From Vulcanimicrobiota bacterium (lineage in GTDB: Bacteria > Vulcanimicrobiota > Xenobia > Xenobiales > JADMJV01), in the NCBI GenBank assembly GCA_050250895.1, contig JBFWNU010000010.1:197796-214126 (forward strand): a stretch of DNA of 16,331 nt. Reading direction: 5' to 3'. Positions 7,693 through 16,331 of this stretch are shown piece by piece (the first letter of the stretch is position 1; every line of letters begins with the position of its first letter). Made by a program: the position numbers and the translations under genes. The notes under the pieces were generated by a model. It did not search any database, was not told the origin of the DNA, and saw only the letters and a program-made list of their open reading frames with translations.

Positions 7693-8687
7693 GGACGCAG
7701 GGTGGCTCGACTCAACTTCTCGAGGGCGGGTTTGCAGCATTCTTTAATGACCTTGCGCGCATTCTCGACTCCCGGGGCTAACTCGATGCGGTGGCCAAAG
7801 ACGTGGGGGGCCAGCCATTCGATATCTTCACCCACCACGTAGCCACGGTCCCGCAAGAGGGCGGCCGCTTGCAGGGCGGGCATCATCAACACCAGGCTGC
7901 GGGTGGAAATGCCCTGGGCCACCTGGGGCGAGCTGCGCAGCGCCTGGGCGATGTCGACCAGGCAGTCTTGAATGGCCGGGGCCAGGTGAATCTGGTCGTC
8001 CACCGCTGCCCGCGCGGCCATCACCTGGGAGCGCATCACGGCGGGAAAGGTGTCGTTGGCAGGAGGCTTGCGCCGCTCCTTGTAGCTGCGCAGCACGTCG
8101 AGTTCGGCCTCGCGGTCGATGTGCTCCATCACGATTTTAAAGAGAAAGCGGTCGAGCTGAGCCACCGGTAGGGGGTAGGTGCCGACCTGATCGCGCGGGT
8201 TCTGGGTGGCGATCACGAAAAATAGTTCGTCGAGGGGATGACTGATGTTGTCGGCGCTGACCTGCTTTTCGGCCATGGCTTCGAGCATGGCCGCCTGCAC
8301 TTTGGGCGAGGTGCGGTTGATCTCGTCGGCCAGCACCACGTGAGCGAAGATGGGGCCGGGTCGAAAGTGAAAGCCGCTGGTCTCGGCGTCGAAGACCGCT
8401 ACACCGGTGATGTCCGAGGGGAGCAAATCGGGGGTGAATTGGATACGCCGGAAGGCCGCGATGTGCTCTCCGGGGCTGTCGTCGTGGATCGATTCACCCA
8501 GGGCTTTGGCCAGGGTGGTCTTGCCCGAGCCAGGGTAGTCCTCGAGCAGCACGTGGCCGTCGGCCAAAAGCGCCACCAGCAACAGGTCGATGACCTCACC
8601 CCGGCCTCGAATGGCGTGATTTAGGCGACCTTTGAGGTTGGCGGCCAGCTTTCGGGCCCCCTCGAGATTTGCAGTCATAACGGTCAA
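7689..8687 (-). CDS. moxR: MoxR-family AAA+ ATPase
   Basis: GHVLLEDYPGSGKTT (Walker A), RIQFTPDLLPSDITG, VLADEINRTSPKVQAAMLEAM (Walker B), FFVIATQNP, GTYPLPVAQLDRF. Start is TTG 8687 or ATG 8678. Confidence 0.96.
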   Translation of the reverse strand: MTVMTANLEGARKLAANLKGRLNHAIRGRGEVIDLLLVALLADGHVLLEDYPGSGKTTLAKALGESIHDDSPGEHIAAFRRIQFTPDLLPSDITGVAVFDAETSGFHFRPGPIFAHVVLADEINRTSPKVQAAMLEAMAEKQVSADNISHPLDELFFVIATQNPRDQVGTYPLPVAQLDRFLFKIVMEHIDREAELDVLRSYKERRKPPANDTFPAVMRSQVMAARAAVDDQIHLAPAIQDCLVDIAQALRSSPQVAQGISTRSLVLMMPALQAAALLRDRGYVVGEDIEWLAPHVFGHRIELAPGVENARKVIKECCKPALEKLSRATLRP

Positions 8688-8705
8688 GTTGGTTGTTGTT
8701 CCTTT

Positions 8706-10898
8706 CTATTTCACCAGCACCCAGGTGAATGGGTTCAGCAGACCCAGAAGGCGTCGCCACAGCGGGACGGTGTGGGCCAGCTGGCGCCCGAACTGGGCGT
8801 AAAGCTTGTGGATGTCGGCTCCTCTGACCTTGGGTTGATGGTTGGGCCCCCCCAGGGCCTGTTGCTGCTGGAGGATGGTCAGCTCGCCCAGGGCGGGGAT
8901 GGTCTGGCAATGCTGTTCAGCAAAGTTCAAACGGCCCTGGCCGTAGCCGCGCCAGAGGCCAGCCTCGGCCATCCCGTCGAGGGCGGCGCGATAATAGAGC
9001 TGAGGAGCCTTAGCGTCGCTGCAATAGCGCGGGGCCAGACGACGATAGAGTTTGCCGGCATAGAGTCCGACCAGGCCGAGCAGGCAGCCCCAGCCGGCCA
9101 CTACCGCGACCAACTCGGCCCACTCGCGCAACAGTTCGCGCAGCGACTTCTGTGGGTTGTCGTCGACGGTCTCGTCTTCGTCTCGGGCCAGTTCTCCCAG
9201 AAGCTTGGCCAGATCCGGGTCGGGCTGGGACATCATCGGCACGGTGGAATTCTCAGGCGAGATGTCGAGAATGACCCAGCCGAGGCCTTCGAAATACACC
9301 TCTGGCCAGGCGTGGGCCTCGCGATCGCGCAATAGAATGGCTGATCCGCTACCCCGAAAGCGGGCGTCGGTGGCATAGCCAGCTCCGACCCGCGAGGGAA
9401 TGCCCACCGAGCGATAGAGATAGCAGGCGGCGTGGGCGAAATGCACGCAATAGCCGGTCATGTCACCGAACAGAAAGTCAGCCACCGGATCGACGCTCGA
9501 CATGTGGTTGGATTTGAGGCTATAAGTGCCGTTCTTGTCGAGATAGAGCTTGACGGCCACCGCCCAGGCGAGCGGGTCTTCTCGATATTCTTCGGGCAGT
9601 TGAGCGATGATCTTGTGGGCCAGTTCCTGGTAGCGCGGGTCGTCCGGGATCTCGGTGTAGTGTTTGAGCAACCGCTCATCCCATTTCGGGTTGCCCAGAT
9701 GGCGACCGATCAGGGCCTGGAAGTCGGCCGTGAGCACCCACGAATCGACATCGTAGGCGCGCTGGAACTGCTCAGGGTTCGGGTTGGGAGCAGGTTCCAT
9801 CGAGAAAGCGTTGACCAGACCAAAGGGGTTGGTGTGAGAGGCTATCAAGGCCACCCGGGTCTTGAGAGCCTGGTGGGTTCCCTGGTCGGGAGCGGGGATG
9901 TCGATCTTCGTCTTGCCGACCGGAAAGAAGGGCGCGATGTCGCGGTCGGCCAGGCCCGTGGTATCGGCTACCAAACGGGTGCCGTTGAACTGGCTGTAAG
10001 CGCTTTGACGGAAATAGTAATAGCCATAGGGCGGCTCGTAATCCTGGCGCAAGATGACCACCGCCACCGGCTTGGGTTCTGACTCGGACTCGTAGTTGTC
10101 CTGGAAGGGAATCTCATTGTCGTCAGACTGCCCGCCCTGGCCTTCGCCCTGATTTGGCTTGCCCTTGCCCTGGCCATCGGTAGGGTCCTTGGCCTTGCCG
10201 GTCAGCCCCAAGCCACCTGGGGGCTCGGGAATCCAGTCGCGGATGCTGCGCTCGGGAAGATACAGAAAGAGCAGGCCGACGACCACGAACAGGAGGGTCA
10301 AATCCAGAATGCTCGAGCGGCGGGTTACGCGCCCGATGGTCAGCATGATGACCACCGCGCCGGTGATCGCCCCGAGGGCGAAGAGAAACGGCATCGGGTC
10401 ATAACCTCGCGACCAGAGCGGGTCGACCAGAAAGTGGGGTCGGTTGATGAAACCGTCTCGGTGGGCTGCAAACGGCACGGCCAGAAAGCAGGTGACCACC
10501 GCTACTTCGAGAGCCACCCAGGTGGGGTAGCGGGCGCTGACAAAGCGCAGGTAGCCGGTGCCGCTCAGCGAGGCCAGCAGCCAGATGAGCAGAGCGGCCA
10601 CCGAAAACGAGGCTTCGGAACCCATCGTGTGGGCCAGCAACTCGCTGGTGGAGGGAAGACGCCCTGCCCACATCACCAGCCACAGCAGGATGGGCCAGCC
10701 GATCAGCACAGCCGGGGTGCGCAGGCGCGTTCGCGACAGCCAACCTCCCAGGTAAAAGCCGGCCGCGCCTCCGATGGCGGCCGCGCCCAGGGCGGTCGGC
10801 ACCGAAAGCTCGGCGGCCAGCACCGTCCAGGCCAGGGCCCACACCAGCGCCGCGCCCAGGTCTCTAGCCCGAAAACCCGTCTTTCTGGTCTCTTCCAT
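8706..10898 (-). CDS. Membrane-anchored transglutaminase-like (TgpA-type) protein
   Basis: Multiple N-terminal transmembrane segments. Catalytic triad motifs GYCVHFA (Cys), EAHAWPEVY (His) and GWVILD (Asp). A further TM helix near the C-terminus. Confidence 0.9.
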   Translation of the reverse strand: MEETRKTGFRARDLGAALVWALAWTVLAAELSVPTALGAAAIGGAAGFYLGGWLSRTRLRTPAVLIGWPILLWLVMWAGRLPSTSELLAHTMGSEASFSVAALLIWLLASLSGTGYLRFVSARYPTWVALEVAVVTCFLAVPFAAHRDGFINRPHFLVDPLWSRGYDPMPFLFALGAITGAVVIMLTIGRVTRRSSILDLTLLFVVVGLLFLYLPERSIRDWIPEPPGGLGLTGKAKDPTDGQGKGKPNQGEGQGGQSDDNEIPFQDNYESESEPKPVAVVILRQDYEPPYGYYYFRQSAYSQFNGTRLVADTTGLADRDIAPFFPVGKTKIDIPAPDQGTHQALKTRVALIASHTNPFGLVNAFSMEPAPNPNPEQFQRAYDVDSWVLTADFQALIGRHLGNPKWDERLLKHYTEIPDDPRYQELAHKIIAQLPEEYREDPLAWAVAVKLYLDKNGTYSLKSNHMSSVDPVADFLFGDMTGYCVHFAHAACYLYRSVGIPSRVGAGYATDARFRGSGSAILLRDREAHAWPEVYFEGLGWVILDISPENSTVPMMSQPDPDLAKLLGELARDEDETVDDNPQKSLRELLREWAELVAVVAGWGCLLGLVGLYAGKLYRRLAPRYCSDAKAPQLYYRAALDGMAEAGLWRGYGQGRLNFAEQHCQTIPALGELTILQQQQALGGPNHQPKVRGADIHKLYAQFGRQLAHTVPLWRRLLGLLNPFTWVLVK

Positions 10899-10900
10899 CG

Positions 10901-12157
10901 CTAGGCCTTGCCAAACTGGTAGTCGGGAAATACCCGGCCCCGGTGGTGATCATAGAGTAAGAACGACACCCCATTGCGGCGCAAAGGCGCAAAGAGCCGG
11001 TCGGGCGGGTCGAGAAAGCCTTCTGGCTCGTACATCAAAAGCTTCTCCCAGCTTTGGGCCTGACTCTGGCCGGCGGGCGGGGCGGCCGACAGCACCGTCA
11101 ACCCCAGCCTGGCGTTGCGAATGGCTGCGGCCACCTTGTCGGACCAGGCCCCCACGCGGGGAGGGACCACCACCAGGCAGCTGCCGAAGCCATCGGCGTG
11201 AGCCTGGCTCAGAAAGCTCTCGAGGCCGTGTCCCGATTTCACCTCGGGATTGCCCGACCGGGCCAGCATGCGCAGGGCTTCTTCGCGCAGGCCGCTGGGC
11301 TCGGTCGACCCGTCGGCGCCAAAGCGCCATCCCTGGCCTAGCAAGTCGCGCTCGATGACCGAGCGCATCAGGGCGGCGCAGTTCTCGTCGCCGGGGCCGG
11401 CCACTAGATAGGCGCAGGTGCGGGGCTGGGTCACCACGGCCCGCTCGGGGACCCGCACCATCAGCTTGCGGGTGCGGGCGTACACCTTCCACAGGATCAA
11501 GCGGGGAGGGTCACCGGGCGAGTACCGGCGCATATCGACTCGGTCGCCCATCGGCTCGCCCGCCGGGTCGGGAAGGTCATCGCCGGCAAAGAGGCTCTGG
11601 ACCAGGGTGTCGACCTCGAGACGGCCGGCCTCGGGCAGCACCTCAATCGGGCCCGTCTGCACTTTCTGCCAACTGATGGAGGCCACCCCCAGGACATCGC
11701 GGACCCTGACCCGGCGCTCGAGCCGATCGACCAGACAGCGCCGGGCCGGAATGAGCACCTCGACCAGTCCTTCGGGACCCTTGCGCAGATCGGTCTCGAT
11801 CCTTAGCGGGTAATGACACTCCCAACTGACTTCGACAAAAGGTAGCCAGAGGGGGCGAAAGACCAAACCCGTCCAGCTGGGCGCTCCTACTACCAGGCGG
11901 GTTGGACCCTCGGATCGCACCTGTTCGCGCCAGCGGCGAGCGGTGGTGATGGCAAAGCCGCTGACCATCAGCAGAGTCACGAGCCCGGCCACGGCGATCG
12001 AGGCCGAGGCCACCAGCACCACCATGTCGGCGCGTTTGAGGCCCTCGAAATAGATGCCATAGGCCAACACGAGAGCCAGCAAAACGCCTCCCGCGCTCAG
12101 CGGGAAAAGCCCGGCCGCCTTTCGCAACCAACTCAGCACCTTCGGTAGAAACGGCAT
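10901..12157 (-). CDS. DUF58 domain-containing membrane protein
   Basis: GDRVDMRRYSPGDPPRLILWKVYARTRKLMVR matches the DUF58 R.Y.PGD..R.I.WK..AR motif. Two N-terminal hydrophobic helices; context with moxR and the transglutaminase-like gene. Confidence 0.88.
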   Translation of the reverse strand: MPFLPKVLSWLRKAAGLFPLSAGGVLLALVLAYGIYFEGLKRADMVVLVASASIAVAGLVTLLMVSGFAITTARRWREQVRSEGPTRLVVGAPSWTGLVFRPLWLPFVEVSWECHYPLRIETDLRKGPEGLVEVLIPARRCLVDRLERRVRVRDVLGVASISWQKVQTGPIEVLPEAGRLEVDTLVQSLFAGDDLPDPAGEPMGDRVDMRRYSPGDPPRLILWKVYARTRKLMVRVPERAVVTQPRTCAYLVAGPGDENCAALMRSVIERDLLGQGWRFGADGSTEPSGLREEALRMLARSGNPEVKSGHGLESFLSQAHADGFGSCLVVVPPRVGAWSDKVAAAIRNARLGLTVLSAAPPAGQSQAQSWEKLLMYEPEGFLDPPDRLFAPLRRNGVSFLLYDHHRGRVFPDYQFGKA

Positions 12158-12274
12158 TACTGACTTAAGTTTCGGGGCGGGTCAAATAGTTCCCCCGGGG
12201 GAAAAAACGGCTTTTGAGGCTTTCAGAATGGTGGCCGGCCTTCAGATTTCACCCGGCCGGCCGAAGTAAGTCCT

Positions 12275-12874
12275 ATGCGGGCCAGACTGTTCTGCATTGC
12301 GCTTCTCATCCTGGGTTGCGGCTGCGAGGAGCCGCCCGTTTGGGAGCTTACCGTGCTCAACATGACGATGCGGCCGGTCGTTCTCTCGGACGGCGGGACG
12401 CGTCATATCAATGTCTCGGCCTTGCGTCCCCACGATCGGCTAAGGGTGGAACGCCGCGAAACCCTCACCATCACTCAAGGCGGCAAGCTCCTCGAAACGC
12501 TGCATCCAGGCCAGCCTCCCCTGGACTTTCCTGAGGGTCAGGATGCGCGCATCCTCTATATCATCGGCGGGCCTGCCGCTCTGGCGATGGCCGACTGCAG
12601 CGAGTTCTACGGACATACCCGCGCCGACCAGCCAGGGGTCCGAGACTACGTGGACCTGCGTGACCGGGTCACCTGTCGCCTGGATCACACCGACTTCATT
12701 CTCTGGCCCCACCAAAGACGGTTTAAAGAGAACTATTGGCAGGCCAGGTCGCGCCACCGCGTGGTGAGGATCGTCGAGATCAAACCGGGCGACACTCGTG
12801 AGGGCCTGATCCAGCAGATGATCGCGGAGGGTCTGGAAAGCCAGGGCGACGCTTCAGACCAATTCTCGAAATAG
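12275..12874 (+). CDS. Hypothetical lipoprotein
   Basis: MRARLFCIALLILGC: basic N-region, hydrophobic core and lipobox-like ILGC. No recognisable domain. Confidence 0.65.
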   Translation: MRARLFCIALLILGCGCEEPPVWELTVLNMTMRPVVLSDGGTRHINVSALRPHDRLRVERRETLTITQGGKLLETLHPGQPPLDFPEGQDARILYIIGGPAALAMADCSEFYGHTRADQPGVRDYVDLRDRVTCRLDHTDFILWPHQRRFKENYWQARSRHRVVRIVEIKPGDTREGLIQQMIAEGLESQGDASDQFSK

Positions 12875-12889
12875 CTTGTGGAAACGTTC

Positions 12890-13786
12890 TTATTGGCCCA
12901 AAGCCTGCTCGCGCAGGCCTTCGTTTTCGACCCAGGCATTGGGCTCGATGCCGCCCTGCCAGTGATAGAGCCCGACTTCGAGCTTGCGCAGGATGTTGGT
13001 CTTGGGGCCGTCACCCAGGCGGAATTTGAAGCCATCGAGGACCTTGTTGGTAAAGCCGTTGAGCAAGGCGTAGTGGGATTGGTGTCCCTGAGTGTGGTGC
13101 TGGTTGTGCAGGTCCTGGTTTACCCAGATGTTGGCCTTCTGCAGGCCTTTGACCCAGCCAGGGTTCTCTTCGTCGGACATGTGGCAGCGCTTGTGGGCCT
13201 CCTGGGCCACCAGCGCGCAGTTGGCCATGGTGGCGAGTCCCGCCAGCAGAGGCCCGGCCACGGCCGGTGCCGTCGCGGTCACCGTCCAGGCTAGCCCGGC
13301 CAGACCTACCAGCACCGGCGCGGCCACCCGCTGAGTGTCATAGGTGTGGTGAGCGAAGCTCCGATGGACCATGTCGCGAGTGTGATGATGGTGGTTCTGG
13401 AAATCGCGGGCGATGCGAGCAGTAGTCGTGCGTAACAGACCGCCGCGCGCCTCGAGGGCATCGGCGTTGACGTTGTCGAGGAAGTGGTGGACCACGCCCG
13501 AGCCCAGGTCGGTGGCGAAAAAGCCTCCCACCACCGCTGAGGTCGTCAAAGCCGCCGCCACCGGGGTCGAAAAGGCTCCCCCGGCGACCAGGCCCGCGCC
13601 CAGCGCCACGGTGGCTCCCAGACTGGTCAAGGCCAGGGCCGTCATAGCCGGAGTGGCCTGCTTGAACTCCATCTTGTCTTCGGGTTCGCTCGAGGTCCAC
13701 TTCACCCCCTCGGGGGTTACTTCGGCGGCGGGCTTGCAGGCGGAGCGTGACGGCACCTGACCGGGTAGAATTGGCGTGATTCTCAT
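12890..13786 (-). CDS. CarF/TMEM189(PEDS1)/FAD4-family His-rich lipid desaturase
   Basis: DLGSGVVHHFLDN, FQNHHHH, QEAHKRCH, HNQHH and YALLNGFTNKVLD match the TMEM189_B/Kua domain His boxes. Hydrophobic helices; GGAGG RBS upstream of the ATG. Confidence 0.88.
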   Translation of the reverse strand: MRITPILPGQVPSRSACKPAAEVTPEGVKWTSSEPEDKMEFKQATPAMTALALTSLGATVALGAGLVAGGAFSTPVAAALTTSAVVGGFFATDLGSGVVHHFLDNVNADALEARGGLLRTTTARIARDFQNHHHHTRDMVHRSFAHHTYDTQRVAAPVLVGLAGLAWTVTATAPAVAGPLLAGLATMANCALVAQEAHKRCHMSDEENPGWVKGLQKANIWVNQDLHNQHHTQGHQSHYALLNGFTNKVLDGFKFRLGDGPKTNILRKLEVGLYHWQGGIEPNAWVENEGLREQALGQ

Positions 13787-13817
13787 GAGACCTCCGCCCT
13801 CATTTCACCAGACGTGG

Positions 13818-13841
13818 CTTAAACAATTTTGAAACAAATTT
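13818..13841 (+). promoter_or_regulatory. AT-rich 11-bp-period direct repeat in the divergent promoter region
   Basis: AAACAATTTT-G-AAACAAATTT; similar to 2642-2661. Confidence 0.3.
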
Positions 13842-13880
13842 CGGGCAGGCGTGACCGGATGGGGTCCGAAGAGGAGGGCG

Positions 13881-14432
13881 ATGGAACGCTACTTCGACGC
13901 GGTGGATTTCGCCACCCGATGCCACCGGGGGCAGACACGCAAAGGGACTCTCATTCCCTATATCGTGCATCCGCTGTCGGTGGGCAAGTTGCTGGCTCGC
14001 TACCAGGCACCCGAAGAGGTCGTGGTGGCTGGCATCTTGCACGACACGGTCGAGGATACTCGAGCCACTGTCGACGATGTGCTTTCTCTTTTCGGTCCCC
14101 GGGTGGCCCAACTGGTCGAAGGGGCTGGCGAGCCCGATAAAGCCGCTGCCTGGAAAGAGCGCAAAGAACACACCATCCAGCTCGCTGAAGAGACCGAGGA
14201 TATCGAACTGCTGCTGGTCATGTGCGCCGACAAGCTCGACAATATCCAGGACCTGCGCTCAGACCTCGAGGTGGCCGGTGACGAGATGTGGACACGCTTT
14301 CGAGCCCCCCGTGAGGAACAGGCCTGGTATTATCGGACCCTGGCAGAGATTTTTCTGCGTCGCATCGAACAGCCAGCCTGGCGCGCCCTGGCCGAAGATT
14401 TTCATCGCCAGGTCGAAGCCCTCTTTGCCTGA
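13881..14432 (+). CDS. HD-domain protein, RelA/SpoT hydrolase-like small alarmone hydrolase (Mesh1-like)
   Basis: HRGQTRKGTLIPYIVHP, AGILHDTVEDT and ADKLDNI motifs with no synthetase domain. GAGGAGG RBS before ATG 13881. Confidence 0.9.
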   Translation: MERYFDAVDFATRCHRGQTRKGTLIPYIVHPLSVGKLLARYQAPEEVVVAGILHDTVEDTRATVDDVLSLFGPRVAQLVEGAGEPDKAAAWKERKEHTIQLAEETEDIELLLVMCADKLDNIQDLRSDLEVAGDEMWTRFRAPREEQAWYYRTLAEIFLRRIEQPAWRALAEDFHRQVEALFA

Positions 14433-14437
14433 TTTCT

Positions 14438-16062
<1,625 letters not shown>

Positions 16063-16066
<4 letters not shown>

Positions 16067-16302
16067 AGCAAGTCTAGCCACTGCTCGTAGCTAGCTGCCG
16101 TCGCTGCCGCCCCAAGGAGTTCGTCCAACCGGCCGGGCTCGACGCGAGTCCATACTGACCCATCTGGAACCTGTCCGAAGCGAGCTTTCAAGACCGTTTC
16201 CAGGCTAGTGCACCGTCCGCCAAAAACGTCCCTACCTTCTTTGAGCAGGGCGGAGCAGTCTTGATTAGAAATCTCGGCAATGGCGATACGAACGAAGAGC
16301 AA
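16063..16302 (-). pseudogene. Probable remnant or mini-protein resembling the Rpn/DUF4351-like C-terminal domain
   Basis: EGR...LETVLKARFGQVP...RLDELLGAAATAASYEQWL resembles the L..RFG.LP...L..L....A.SL..L tail pattern. In-frame stop at 16321-16323 just upstream, weak TTG start, and its stop overlaps the ABC-F stop. Confidence 0.4.
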
Positions 16303-16331
16303 GCCCCCGAGAGTCGATGTCTATCTGCAAG

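Noticed and set aside
7693-7740. Upstream start of the TPR gene at 7740
   Set aside because: It would overlap moxR by about 50 bp and bury the signal peptide; GTG 7692 fits better.
13818-13841. CarH/CarA (B12 photoreceptor) operator upstream of the CarF-like gene
   Set aside because: Only two 11-bp repeats, one lacking the conserved T, and no carotenoid or carH genes nearby.

Overview
GC-rich bacterial DNA. Bases 1-~1475 (open at the left edge) are an apparently non-coding, head-to-tail array of about 27 degenerate ~67-bp monomers. Each carries a palindromic core CTTCC-NNNN-GGAAG whose central bases covary (G..C or A..T) and which resembles the parS core TTCCACGTGGAA. The array contains shuffled multi-unit duplications and is not a CRISPR. 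Downstream, in order: a divergent GST / HxlR-regulator pair sharing a perfect 7-3-7 inverted repeat; a ~820-aa FHA-domain protein with an unrecognised C-terminal domain, coupled (ATGA) to a small acidic protein (toxin/immunity-like layout); a minus-strand operon DUF58 - membrane transglutaminase-like protein - MoxR AAA ATPase - exported TPR protein; a lipoprotein; a CarF/TMEM189/FAD4-family lipid desaturase with FAD4-like motif residues; an HD-domain small alarmone hydrolase-like gene followed by an ABC-F ATPase; and a probable Rpn/DUF4351-like remnant at the right edge. All family calls come from motifs read by eye; no searches were run.
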